The position numbers were made by a program, and so were the translations under genes. 64,000 nt of DNA from the human T2T-CHM13v2.0 reference genome, Homo sapiens, in assembly GCF_009914755.1 (NCBI RefSeq), contig NC_060925.1; one strand, 5' to 3'. The notes below the pieces were generated by a model. That model was not told the origin of the DNA and searched no databases. It worked only from the letters and a program-made list of their open reading frames with translations. The stretch's first letter is position 1, and every line of letters starts with the position of its first letter. This document shows, one piece after another, positions 1 to 13,806 of the stretch.

Positions 1-2867
1 CTCCACTCCTTTATTTTGAGCCTGTATGTGTCTTTGCATGTGAGATGGGTCTCTTGAAAACAACATACCAATGAATCTTGGTTCTTTATCTGTGTCTTTT
101 AATTAGGATATTTAGTCCATTTACATTTAAACTTAGTATTGTTATGTGTGGCTTTAATCCTGCCATCATAATGCTTTGCAGACTTGTTTATGTGATTGCT
201 TCAGAGTGTCACTGGTCTGTATACTTCAGTGTGGTTTTGTAGGGGATGATAACAGTTTTTCCTTTTCATATTCAGTGCTTTCTTCAGGAGCTCTTGTAAG
301 GCAGGTCTGATGGTAACAAATTCCTGCAGCATTTGCATGTCTGAAAAATATCTTATTTCTCCTTCACTTATGAAGCTTCATTTGGCTGGATACGAAATTC
401 TGTGTTGGAAATTATTTTCTTTAAGAGTGTTGAATATTGCCCCCTAATCTCTTCTGGCTTGGAGGGTTTCTGCTGAGAGGTCCACTGTTAGTCTGATGGT
501 CTTCCCTTTGTAGGTGACCTGGCCCTTCTCTCTGGCTGCCCTTAACATTTTTTATTTCATTTCAACCTTGGAGAATTTGATGGTTATGAGTCTTGGGGAT
601 GATCTTCTTGTGGAGAATTTTACTGGGGTTCTCTGCATTTCCTGAATGTGAATGTTGGCCTGTCTTGCTAGGTTGGGAAAGGTCTCCTGGATGATATCCT
701 GAAGTATGCTTTTCAAATTGATTCCATTCTCCCCATCTCTTTCAGATACCCTAGTCAGTCGTAGATTAGGTCTCTTTACATAATCCCATACTTCTCGGAG
801 GTTTTCTTCATTCCTTTCATTTTTCTTTTTTATCTATTCTTGTCTGCTTGTCTTATTTCAGAAAGATAGTCTTTAAGCTCTGAGATTCTTTCCTCCACTT
901 GGTCTGTTCTGCTATTAATACTTGTGACTGCATTGTTAAGTTTTTATAGTGTGTTTTTCAACTCCATCAGGTCAGTTATGTTTCTATCTATACTGGATAT
1001 TATGGCTCCTGCTGCTTCCTACAGACACATTCAGGCTGGCAACAGGTCAGCTCCTGCATTGTTTTATCATGATTCTTAGCTCCTTTGCATTGGGTTACAA
1101 CATGCTTCTTTAGCTCAGTGAAGTTCATTTTTATCCACATTCTGAAGCCTACTTCTGTCATTTCAGCCATACCAGCCTCAGCCCAATTCTGACCGCTTGC
1201 TGGAGAAGTGCTGCACTCATTTGGAGGAAAAGGGACACTCTGGCTTTTTGAGTTTTCAGCGTTTTTTTGTTGGTTCTTTCTCATCTTTGTGGGCTTATCT
1301 ACTTTCGATCTTTGGAGTTGCTGACCTTTGGATGGGGTTTTTGTGGGCCTTTTTGCTTTTGTTGTTTGTTTGTTTGTTTTTCTTTTAACAGTCTGGCCAC
1401 TCTTTCATAGGCTGCTGCAGTTTTCTGTGGGTCCATTCTGGACTCTAGTCACCTTGGTTTTTCCCTTACCTGGAGGTATCACCGGTGAAGGCTGTGAAAA
1501 AGCAAAGATGGCAGCCTGCCCCTTCCTCTGGAAGGTCCTCCATCCCAGAGGGTACTGACCTGTTGCCAGCCTGAATGTGCCTGTAGGAAGTGGCTAGAGA
1601 TCCCGGTCTTTCAGTCAGGAGGAATGGGATCAGAGATCTGCTTAAAGAAGCAGTTTGGCTGCTTTTTTGTAGAGCAGCTGTGCTGTGTTGGGGATCCCTT
1701 CAGCCCCCAGTTGCTTTAGGTTCTGCAATATCCTCAGGCTGGACCAGCTGAGATGCCCAAACAGCCAAGGTGTTGGCCTGCCCCACCACCCCAGGCTCCC
1801 CATCCCAGGGAGAAATTAGAACTCTGTCAGCCATAGAACATGGGCAGGGAAGGCCAAGTCCTCTGCTGGGGGGACCAACACCTTAGGAGAAGTGGATCAG
1901 GGTTCTGCTTGAAGAAGCAGTCTGACCGTGCCTCAACAAAACAGCCATGTTGTGCTGGGAAGCTGCCTCTGCTTCTGTAGACTTGGACTCTCCAAAGCCT
2001 GCAGGCTAGAATGGCTGAGTCATCCAAACAACCAAGGTAGTGGCCCACCCTTCCTCCTCAGGCATTCCATCCCGGGAGAGATCAGATTCCTGCTTAAAGA
2101 AGCATTCTGGCCAGGCTCTGGCAAAGCAGCTGTGCTGTGCTAGGGAGACACCTCCTCATCTGGACTGTCTGACTCTCCAAAGCCCACAGTCTGGAATGGC
2201 CAAGTAGATCAAACAGCAGAGATGGCACCCGCCCCTCCCCCTAGGGGTTCAGTCTTGTATCAGGCAGGCTCCACCCTGTTGCTGGTGGCTTGCTGGAATT
2301 CCAAGCCAGTGGGTTTTATCTTGTGAGGTGCCGTGAAAGTGGGGCCCACAGACTGATGCTGCTCAGCCTCCTGGATTCAGCCCACTTCTTTGGGGTATGC
2401 ACGGACCTCCTGATTTGCCTCGTTGCATAAACCTTTATTAGAGATCCTGAGGCCAGAGTATGTAAAGCTCCTGGGTCTCTGTGTGTGCCTGAGCAGGCAC
2501 TCTGCCAAGACTCCATACAGCTCCGTGTGTTGAACCTAAGGCCCTGATGGTGTGGGCTCACAAAGGGATTCCCTGATCTGCGGGTTGCAAAGATCTGTGG
2601 GAAAAGCATGGTTTCCCAGGGTTGCACACTCACTCACCACTTCCCTTGGCTGGGGGTGGGGGTTCCCTCGACTCTGTGTCACTCCTAGGTGGGCTGTCAC
2701 CCCACCCTAGTTTTCTTTATTCTCCGTGCTTTGAGTTGTTTCCCTGATCAGTCCCAATGCGAGTATCTGGATATTTCAGTTAAAGGTGCTGTATTCACGC
2801 ACCTCTTTCGTTCCTCTCTGTGAATGCCACAGACCGCAGCTGCTTCTAATCAGCCATCTTGGTCCCC
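1..2867 (-). mobile_element. LINE-1 5' portion (5'UTR, decayed ORF1, start of ORF2); older primate subfamily (L1PA13-16/L1PREC2-like), continues beyond window start
   Basis: 5' end reads GGGGACCAAGATGGCTGATTAGAAGCAG on the minus strand (YY1 motif). ORF 1000-1284 MRKNQQKNAENSKSQ... resembles the ORF1p N-terminus, and ~169 down to 1 reads MMAGLKPHITILSLNVNGLN (ORF2 endonuclease start). Confidence 0.92.
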
Positions 2868-4150
2868 TTTATTGTACTTTTCAACTCCAGAATTTCTATT
2901 TGTTTTCTTAAAAGTAATTTTAATCTCTTTATCTGGTGAGACATTCTTCTCATACTTTCCTTTAGTTTAGACATAGTTTTCTTTAGTTCTTTGAACATAT
3001 TTAAAGTAGCTGACTTTGTCTAGTATTACAGAATCTGGCTTTCCAGGGATAGTTTTTATTGGCTGCTTTTTCTCTCTGAGCATAGGCCATATATTCTTGT
3101 TTCTTTGCATGTTTCATAATTTTTTTACAGACATTTCTAAAAACTAGACTTTTAAAAATATAATGTGGTAACTCTGGAACAGATTCCCATCTCCAGGATT
3201 TGTTGTTGCTGGTTTGTTTCTGAACTAATTCTGTAAAATTTGCATTCTTTTTCATATGTGGTTATTGATGTCTCTGCTCAGTTATCTTAGTGGTCAGGTA
3301 ATGATTACACAGAAATTTATCAAATGCTTAGGACCAAGAAGTGTCATAGTGTTTGGTCAGGGGGTCTATGTGAATATTTGAGATACATCTTCAAAATTCA
3401 GCCAGACAGCTTCCAACTCCACCTTAGCCTTCACTTCCTGCTTGGGCAGAACCTCAATATCAATCAGAGGTGAGAGTTTAGGCCTTGTTAGTTCTTTCCT
3501 GAGTATGTGCACAGGCCTGGGCATGCACGTAACCTTCTAGATTACCAGGAATATATCAAAGCTTTCCAAAGCTCCCTATGGACATTTCACTACCCTGACT
3601 TTCTTTTTAAGATTTTTTATTAGCTTATTGTTTGACCCAACTGCTATCTACCACTTTGGGCAGCTATATTGTTTTCAACCAATGCTTCTAGGAAAAGACT
3701 CTCCACAGTAGACAGGTACTTTCCAAGTCAGTTCAAATAAAGACATCCTTGCAAGTGGAGTCTCCCAGGAACTACCAGACAGATCAAATAATGACAATTC
3801 TGTGGGAATGGGGCTTTGAAGGCAATCTAATCCCACATAACCCCCTCCAGTGTCTTCCTGGATGCTGATTTTCACTGTACTTGTGGGCTGTTGGTTTTCA
3901 AGGCTGTTGTTGAGTTGTGGAGGGGGAAATAGGGATACAGCAAATTAAAATGTCATAAATATTGCTACCCTTACTGAGATTGAGCCATTTTTCCTTGAAT
4001 AAACTTTCCTTGTATTGCTGCAAGCCTTTGCTTAATTTCCAATGTTCTGAAAAATTTGACTCTGACCATTTTTGTCAGTGTTCTCACTGCTTGTATAGAG
4101 ATGATTTTCCACGATCCTCACTTATGCTTTTCACTGATACCCCTCCACAG
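2868..4150 (-). mobile_element. Older mammalian L1 (L1M) 5'/ORF1-region fragment, host of the primate L1 insertion
   Basis: T-rich L1M-like sequence (e.g. TTTTCAACTCCAGAATTTCTATTTG) abutting the primate L1 5' end. Confidence 0.65.
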
Positions 4151-4584
4151 ATTCTTTCAATGGCATTTATCTTTTCCTTGACATCAACTCTTATTTTTCC
4201 GAACACTGAAAAATCTAAAGCCCCAAATAGTTTATACGTGCTCTGTTTTCAAGAAGTGAGTGTTCTGAGGTAAATGTTTATTCTTATGAAAATCACCAGT
4301 AAAACAAGGCAATTAATGAATGTACAAACAGACAAGCCACAGAAAAGATAAATTGTTTGTGACTGTCTTCAACTTTCATCATTTGTTAATGTCTTTTTTC
4401 ATCATTTGTTAATGTCTTTTTTCTTGTTTGTCTTAGTGCAGACCTGGTTAACCTGAAAATTCCTGGTTAGATTTTGACTGTGTGGGTCAGCTCCTCATCT
4501 CCCTGGGCCTGAGCAATTCTGGAAGAGAAAGAGAATGAGGTAGAGTTGGTCTTCAGCAGCTCCTTCACTGTTGGCCATCAGTGT

Positions 4585-5275
4585 TGTAATAATCAGCCTG
4601 AGCTGCCATCACAGATTGCCACAGATAGGGTGGCTTAAATGACAGAAATTTATTTTCTCACAGTTCTGGAATTCTGAGATCAAGTTGCTGGCAGGCTTGG
4701 TTTCTCCTGAGGCCCCTCTTTTTGGTTTGTTGGTGGCTTCCTTCTTCCTGTGTCCTCACAAAACCTTTCTTCTGTGTGTGCATGCTCCTGGTGTCTCTTC
4801 CTCTTCTTATAAGGACAATAGTCCTATTTGATTACAGCCCCACCCTTATGAACTCATGTAACTTTTTTTTTTTTTTTTGAGATGGAGTCTCACTCTGTTG
4901 CCAGGCTGGAGTGAAGTAGCATGTTCTCGGCTTACTGCAACCTTCGCCTCCTGGGTTCAAGTGATTCTCCTGCCTCAGCCTCCCTAGTAGCTGGGACTAC
5001 AGGCGCACACCACCACGCCCAGCTAATTTTTGTATTTTTAGTAGAGACAGAGTTTCACCACATTGGCCAGGATGCTGGCCTTGATCTCTTGACCTCATGA
5101 TCCACCCACCTTGGCCCCCGAAAGTGCTGGGATTACAGGCGTGAGCTACTGCACCCAGCCTGAACTCACGTAACCTTAATTACCTCCTTAAAGGCCTGAT
5201 TTCCAAATACAGTCACTTTGGAGGTTAGAGCTTCAAAATATGAATTTGTGGGGAGGGACACAATTTAATTCATAA
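4585..5275 (-). mobile_element. MaLR LTR (MLT1A/MST-like) split by an Alu
   Basis: CAGAAATTTATTTTCTCACAGTTCTGGA and GGGACACAATT MaLR motifs on both sides of the Alu. Confidence 0.8.
4863..5160 (-). mobile_element. AluS (AluSc-like)
   Basis: Poly-T plus dimeric Alu body; TSD TGAACTCAYGTAAC at 4849-4862 and 5161-5174. Confidence 0.95.
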
Positions 5276-5300
5276 GAAATGTCTAATACACAGTAAGTAA

Positions 5301-5685
<385 letters not shown>

Positions 5686-7284
5686 CATTTCTGCACCATC
5701 CTTATCCCTCTGCAAGCACCTCCCAAACTAGGCACTATGGCTTCTGGTCTACTGTGACAGCAGCACTATGCAGAGTTGCCAGACTAGGAATCCTGACAAC
5801 AGAGTTCAAATCCCTCCTCTGGTGTCAAAAAGCTGTATTGCCTTGGGCAAGTCAGTTAACCCACCAATTTTCTCTAGCTTTTGCATTTTTGAGTGGTTTG
5901 GCCCAATTATCTCACTGCTCTCTATTCCCTAAGCTCTTGATTTGTCACCAACTTCTACTACTAAAACATCCTTGCTTCATCCTCTGTGTAGCCATATCTA
6001 GGGGTCAGCTAGCAAAATATATCCTGATAATGCACTGACTAAATAGCTCTCCAGAGTAGTCTTCGTCTCTGCCAGATGTATTTCTGGAAATACTGTCCCT
6101 GTTGCTGCTGCTCAGGTAAGAGTTGCATTAGCATTGCTGGGTAGTTTAGCCCAGGAAGGAAACATGCAGTGAGAGAAAGGGCTGGTACGGGAGGTAAGCA
6201 GGGGTAGAGTGGAAGCTGGGAACTCATTCACGTATATTTGCTTAATCAACTTTTGCTAGGAATCTACTTGTTCCAAGCATTGTGCAAAGTGATGAACCAG
6301 AGCTCACATCAAGGGCTTCTCTGACCATAGGATTTGTATTTGGCATGAATTATAGTTGTAGAAAAAGATAAATGACCTGGGTTCAAGTTTTGAATTTGTT
6401 GTTTATTTCTCTGTGACAACAGGCAAGCCACTTACCTCTTCAAAGTCTTGGTTATTCCATTTTAAAAAGAAGGGATGGATCAAGTGTTTTTATGGTCAGT
6501 TCTCCCAGTTTGGCTCTCACCTCCTAGAATTCTGTTTCACTGGGAGTTGGGTGTAGATCCTGTCCAAAGAAAAATCTGTATTTTTGAGCTTGTTTTCTGC
6601 ATAAGGCTGCTCTGCAAAGAAGATGGAAGGAGAGAAGTGTACAAGTGGCAAACGTTTGGAGGGGGTGGAATTAACCCCACAGTTCATTCAGAAAACTTGG
6701 AAAGGAACCCTTAAGGGAACCAAGTATTTGCATTCTTATACTGTCCTTTGGGGGTGCTATTAAGGAATACCTCACAGATGATAGAAAAGAACTCATTTTA
6801 GCAGTGTAGACCAAGAAGGGTCCATTGTGGGTTATTAACCCTAAGGAGATTGGCCAGGTGTTAATAGTAAATGCAGACTCAAGGGACAAAACTATCATTT
6901 GCCCAGTGAAATAGACACTTTAGTCACATGCTTATGTGTTTTGGTGCAAGAACCATGTTTTGTTAACTTCTCTATTTCTCATACCTAGCAACACAGAGTA
7001 GAAACTAAATGGACATAATAGTCCTTGTTCTCCAAATGAAATTTTCTTCATGCCACCTGCTTAAAAATAGAGACAAAACCAAAACCAAATTTTAATACTG
7101 ACAGTGTTCCCTAAATTGCTGAAGAACTAGATTTCATTATCTTCAACAAATTCAATAGAAGTTGTCCATACCTTTGAAGTTAGCAATTTAAGCCTTTGCC
7201 TCTCCAAGTCCCAATGGTACCTCTATGTTCAGGCTAACTTGGTCTCAGTGTCAGCCTTCATGGACAGCTTGGATGATACAGGCA

Positions 7285-7500
7285 AGGTGGTATATCACAG
7301 TGGATAAGGCTCGGGCTTCAGGCCAGGGCTAGATTTGAGTTCCGACTCTGCCACTCACAACCTTGTAACTTTGGCAAGGTGCTAATCTCTCTAAGTCCAG
7401 TTTCCAAGTCTATGAAATGAGGATGATACTATTACCTACCTTATAGAGTCATTGTGAAGAATAATTTTTAAAATGCATTAAACTATACAGTGACTGGGAT
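7285..7500 (+). mobile_element. MIR
   Basis: MIR core-like CTCTGCCACTCAC...CTTTGGCAAG...CAGTTTCC...GAAATGAGGATGATA. Confidence 0.7.
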
Positions 7501-7589
7501 AAAATTTAAAGGCACAGAAATTGTGAGCTTTTTGAAGAATTGAGAGTTTGAAGAACTGATAGTTATGGGTAGGAAGGAGAACTTTCTAT

Positions 7590-8777
7590 TTCTTTTATTT
7601 TTTCAGGATCCACATAGCATAGCTATATTATTATTATTAATTATTATCATTGTACTTTAAACCTGTATATTAACTTTATCAGGAGACTAGGATACATCTG
7701 AACCATAGCATGGATACTTGCTCAACCTGAGATGTCATTAATTGGTTTTCCAGATGTCATTTCAGAGAAGTCCCATAAACCACTGTCCTGTATTATTAGA
7801 GTGCTCACAAGGTTTAGAAGAAATCAAGTTAAAAAAATGCAGTCAAAGAGATGCAGCAAAAATAAAACAAAATTAAAAGTAATCTCATACATTTGTATTT
7901 ATAAATAGTACCATATTCTCTATGAAATAATACTTAAAATCTTTGAGGATATACACATAACTTCTTCAAAGCCATGACAAGAAATAAAACATACACAAAT
8001 CCTCAATACTGATATAAATATTTTTAAAGTCTTTCCAAACCAGTGAATCTAAACACTACACTTCCTTCTATTTTTCCCACCCTCCCTCCTTCAAATGAAC
8101 ACTCTTGTTTTCTTTAGGTCCCAAAGGCACTTGAATTCATATACTGGTGATCAGAGACTAAAATTTCAAGAGCTCTTCCTCCCAAGTACTTAGAAATATT
8201 TGAAATAATTACATGCAGATAGACTCTCTGGAAGTTAGCTTTCCTTCGAATAATTGGAAACAGTGAGTAGTTGGCATTTTAGAGTTTTTCAAAAGAGATA
8301 TTAATCAGGGCAACTGTTATGTTCTTGGAGAAGGAAAATATGAGCTATGTGGTAGATAAATATTTTGGCCACAGTTATATCTAAAATAGGAAGATGACAC
8401 TCCCAGGACTTGACAAAGCTTCATTGGATCAAATATGCAGCTCATGATCCCACTTTTTCTTGAGAATTTGGGGTTGAGAAGTGGCTGGATATCCATATTT
8501 GTTGAGATACTAAAGATTGAAGTCACAATAATGAGAATGAATTAGGCATCCGGGGATAATGAGGCATCTCAGCTGCTCTGAGATATTCACAGGGATTTTT
8601 GAGAGACCAGAGAGCTTCTCTGAAGTTTATACACCTGTTCAACTTCCTGTGTGTATTTCTTGAAGATCATTTATGCTCCAGATGCATGATTCTCTCTTAT
8701 TTTTCTGGAACTCCAGATCTCACCCTCCTTGTAACAGTTAGTGCTCTCGCAAGCATAACTCTAAAGTTTTCCTGAGG
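7590..8777 (-). pseudogene. Terminal pseudo-exon with CARD-like remnant and AU-rich 3'UTR-like tail
   Basis: Branch point CTAAC (8806-8810), long pyrimidine tract and CAG| at 8777. NPCEYLR...RMPNSFSLL*LQSLVSQQ...STPNSQEKV (last motif 8451-8477); minus-strand AATAAA at 7594-7599. Confidence 0.45.
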
Positions 8778-8989
8778 CTGGGGGATAAAAGCAAAACAGA
8801 ATAAAGTTAGAGGCCTGAACAAATGAAATGGTCCTTCTATTTTCTTTCCGTATGTCAGCATAAAAATCCCCTGTGTGTCTCTTTCAAATATGTAATTATT
8901 TTTTAAAAACTTCCAACTCCAGACAATAAATTTTGGTTCTCTGTACTTGGACCAAATGCCTAATAGAATGGGTAAGTTTGGGGAATAAT

Positions 8990-9335
8990 CACCACAGTGG
9001 AATACATTATAACAATTAGAATGAACAGCCTGCTACGAATGCAACAATACCAGTGACTCTCATAAGCAGAATGTTGAGTGGAAGAAGCGAGACATAAAAG
9101 TTTGCACACTATGTGATTTATTTTATATGAAATATAGAAACAGGAAAACTAACTGGGATAGGGATTGTCCTTTGTGGGAGGAGATATCAGTGTGTCTTCT
9201 GGGGTGTTCGTGACATTGTTTTTTGTTCTAAGTGCTGGTTACACAGTTGTGTTCTTTGCAAAAATTCCTTAGATTGTACACTAATCATACATATCCTTTC
9301 TGTATGTTTCATTTCATTAAAAAAACTTTTTAAAA
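8990..9335 (+). mobile_element. L1ME 3' end fragment
   Basis: CACAGTGGAATAC...AATGTTGAGTGGAAGAAGC...TTCATTAAAAAAA, typical of old L1 3' ends. Confidence 0.7.
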
Positions 9336-9444
9336 AATGATTTACGAAAGCAGCTGACCCTCAAGCCGTTGGCCAAAACCTTTTCTGATTTCAGTCTGCT
9401 ATCCCTCACTTATCTTTTGGCGCTTTCTGTATTTTCTAATTTAC

Positions 9445-9758
9445 CTTGGAAGAAAATCCTTTAAGACTTTTCAAAGTTTTCCATGATGGCATCCCTAGTA
9501 AACATAATCAAGCATTTATGATTTTGGGTGGCATAACGATTTCCAGATTTCTCTATCAGGGATTTTGTACACTGTTGTCTAACATGTTATAAACTTCTCA
9601 GGGTGTTCTTGTTGGGGTCATTTGAGCTGTCAGCTAAATTATTCCTTTTGTTTGCAAAGATTTCAGGAAAACACATGTTCTTTTATGGCAAGATTGCAGT
9701 GGTGATTACCAGCTGGCATGGGTTTTGTGTATTTTATTTAGTGATTTCTTACAGTCAC
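9445..9758 (-). pseudogene. Pseudo-exon: CARD-like remnant
   Basis: Acceptor TTTCCCTCTATCATCAG|G and donor CAAG|GTAAAT; FPEIFANKRNNLADSSNDPNKNTLRSL and MLDYVY*G...KVLKDFLP. Confidence 0.5.
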
Positions 9759-10395
9759 CTGATGATAGAGGGAAACTGGAATAGCTCAGATGCAAGGATG
9801 ATGGAACACAGATTACAAAAAGACATTTTTTTCTGAGTGTTACTAATGTTTTCAATTTATTCATTAATAAAAAGTGCACAGTATAAGCCTTTTATCCCAA
9901 TCCAAGTACTCAGTGAAAGATTAACAATAAACACTGGATGGCACAGACATGATTTGTTTGGCATGATTTAAACATATGAAAACAGCAATTAACATTTAAT
10001 ATACCACATGACTACTTTTGCTTTTAACAAAGTAATCATCATATGTGGTAACAAATACATATGATTTTTCATTTAGAAATATTATAAGAAAACCACACTT
10101 AATATTGCAACAACAAAAATTTAACCCATTAACTACAAACTCTCTTCATTTTTCCTCCTTCAAGTTGCTGTTTTGTGTCTTAAACTGAGCCAGTCATATT
10201 TGAGCACATATTTATTTAGAGTGATAGACTCATTTAGAGTGACAGACTTCCAAGTTTCCCTTGAAAATATAAGATATTGTTAATTATATAAACACTATCA
10301 CATCACATACCACAAAGACACTAAAAGTACCCATAAAATGGCTATATCCAGTAATTATTTTGGAAAGTCTGTCCAAGCTGTAAAATATGACTTAC

Positions 10396-10694
10396 TGACT
10401 ATGGGATAGTGCTTGGATAGATAATAAGATAAGCTCAGAAATGCTAGCAGTTTTCAAAGTGTTCCATTTGTTCTTTATTTTTATATGATTTGTTGATAGA
10501 GTTTTCCCAGATATAATTAATAAGCAAGAAAGGAGAGCAGTTAAATTAATTAATTCACCTTTATATTTGTTTAATAGAAGAACCAAAATTTGGTTTTTAA
10601 AAAGGTGTTTTATGCCAGTAATGATGTGGAAATCTGCAGGTATCTTAAGCTCATCAGAGGGAATATCTTAAGACAATTTTAAAATGCTTGGGTC
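10396..10694 (-). pseudogene. Pseudo-exon: CARD-like remnant
   Basis: Acceptor ATTTCTTTTCAG|G and donor TCA|GTAAGT; LLNKYKGELINLTALLSCLL... and ENC*HF*AYL (C*HF*AYL at 10426-10449). Confidence 0.5.
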
Positions 10695-10713
10695 CTGAAA
10701 AGAAATGTCAAAC

Positions 10714-10968
10714 GTAGTGCAATCATAGCTCACTGCAGCCTTGAACTCTTGGGCTCAAGCAAGCCTCCTGCCTCAGCCTCTGGAACAACTAAGACTACAG
10801 GCATGTGCTACTACACTGGGATAATGATTTTTTAATTTAATTTAATTTTGTAGAGATGGGGGTCTCACTATCTTGCCAAGCTGGTCTCGAACTCCTGGCC
10901 TCAAGCAATCCTCCCACATAAGCCTCCCAAACTGCTGGGATAACAGGCTTGAGTCACTGTGCCAGGCC
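10714..10968 (-). mobile_element. AluJ (partial)
   Basis: CACTGCAGCCTTGAACTCTTGGGCTCAAGC, an AluJ-type diagnostic. Confidence 0.85.
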
Positions 10969-11041
10969 CTGACTATTATTTTTTAAACACTAAGTTTAAA
11001 AGTTTTCACTGATTATTTAAAATAATAAAAAGTAACAAAGA

Positions 11042-11442
<401 letters not shown>

Positions 11443-13277
11443 TTAGTTTTCCCCCAGCAAAGAATCACCTTCCTCTCTCAGGCAAGCTTGAACCTGACAA
11501 CACTGCTTTCATCCCATGCAGGATGGTCACTGCCGTTTCTGGAACTCTCAGTCCCCCATCAGTGATGGTCTATTACAAAGATCTTTCTCTTTTCCTAGGA
11601 AGCACAAAGATCCTCTTTCCTGGGTCGGGCTGAGGTTCTTGAGGGCATAACTGTTACAAGGAGGCTGAGACTTAAAGTCCCCAAATGTGATTTTTCTGCT
11701 AGAACAAACTATCATAGTCAAACCTCCCTTTTTTCAGGAACAGATGAAATAATCTGAGGAAGGTGCATGGCCTGTGAGAGTGGGAAGAGCGGTGAGGTGG
11801 AGGGGCCTCAAGCCCAGAGCTCAGCCGGCCCACAGCTCTCCAGCCCAGCAGCGTGATGGAGACAGGGAAAAGCTCTCCTATAGTGAGACCCTTGGCTTTG
11901 ACAAGGCTACAGTCACTCTCCCTGGATCCTGACCCAGAAGTCTTCTTAGTACTCTGAATTTCCTTGTATTTAAAGCAGAGATAAAGAGTTCCGTCCTGTA
12001 GGACCGGGACTTTTGGGTCAAAAGCTAAACACCCTGCTAAGCCTATTAATTTCTGTGTGATTTCATATACCCAGCACCTTGCTTAGATCTGGTCCTTCAC
12101 AAAGACCTGAAATTCACTGAGTATTGAAAGTATTTCAGTTCATCTATGTCTGTCACCTTGAACGTGAAACAGGTTTCATGCAAAATATTAATAAAGTAGT
12201 TTTTTAGTATGTCTGCCTCTCCAATAGAGATTGCCAAACACTGGGGCTGTCTTGGTCAGCCAGAGCCAAGGGGTGACCCTACAGTAAACACCATACCTCA
12301 GGCACTTCTGCTGAAGGGTCCACCTTTCAGCATATCTGCTACACGGGATCCTCTTTTCCGCCCTCCCTCTCTCCCCAGGGCCCTCCTCCAGTCACAAGAA
12401 ATGACCTGGGATGTGCTGTTGACTTAGGGTGATAGATAGGCCGTCCAGCAACTTATGACATGACCTAGTTCAAAATGATAAACTTGTCTAGGAATGCAGC
12501 TAAAAATATCAAGAGGACAAATTACTAGGAACCAGCTCAAAAGAGGGGACATTCAGAAACAGATAAAGCTGGGACCATGCCGGGTCCATGTTCCTGGCAT
12601 TGAAAGTTACAGGGAAGTAAAACCCTAAGTAAGCATCAGCGAAGAGGCACAAATAAGGCTGAGCAGAGGGAAAGAACACAGCAAAAGGTAGAAGGGCAGA
12701 AAAAGAATAGCGGAGAATGTTTTCTGAATTTTAGTTTCTTTTCCTGGGTTTCTGTGCACTCCTCATAATAAACCTCCACACTTTTTGAGTCACTGTGATC
12801 TGTTTGTTGCACCCAAAAGAGCAAAACCAGAACAGTTAGATGCATGTGATCTTCCCTTCCTTCCAGGGAGTGATTCAGGCCCGTGGGGGGAGAATCTCAG
12901 ATGACTGGAGTTGTGGATTGCCCATACTAATGGGGCTCCCTAACAGATCAATAATACTACAAACATAGCAGGCCTCAGGTCTCTAAATTACCGGACTGAA
13001 GTAATGACTCACTCTCCTCATTTCCAATTCTGGCCCACAGTTTGTAGAAGAGGGCTTTCCTTCCTTGCTGTGGGCTGTCGAGGTCATTGACACCTGGCAG
13101 CGATCTTATTTCTCCCTGACACTGTTTCTCCCTGGCATTTGTAAGAATGGAGTAGAGGAGAATTCCTTAAGAAGGCATTTTAGATTTCTGGATAGTAGGA
13201 GAAGGAAACTAGAAAAGGCTCAACACCCCTACAAATTATTCTTTGATTTTTTCATAGCCAGCCATTGGGCATTTAAC

Positions 13278-13302
13278 AAAAAAAAAAAAAAAAAAAAAAA
13301 AA
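13278..13302. repeat. Poly(A)25 tract
   Basis: Uninterrupted A run with no adjacent Alu body. Confidence 0.9.
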
Positions 13303-13529
13303 GGGCTTACGCAGCAGCTGTGACTTTAGGAGAGTTTCACCTCACCTGGTACTGACCGATAGACTGGTTACCAGGGCTGAGTGTAAATTCTGTTCCTGTA
13401 TGGGAGGAGACAGAGGTGCCCGACCCAGGCTTGCTGGAGGGCAGCACTGTTGTGGCCAGGACCACCGCCGGAACATCTCCCAGTGCTCTTTCCATCTATC
13501 TTCAAAGCAGGATTTCACTGCACAATTGA

Positions 13530-13806
<277 letters not shown>

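Noticed and set aside
1630-2240. Three related CTGCTT(A/G)AAGAAGCA-initiated units
   Set aside because: Most simply explained as internal repeats of this L1 5'UTR type.
4374-4423. Perfect 23-bp tandem duplication
   Set aside because: Ordinary slippage duplication with no functional cue.
9770-9836. Plus-strand ARMMEHRLQKDIFF resembling the RTE LINE C-terminal motif
   Set aside because: Too short and unsupported by flanking RT similarity. The adjacent sequence is better explained as the pyrimidine tract of the minus-strand exon.
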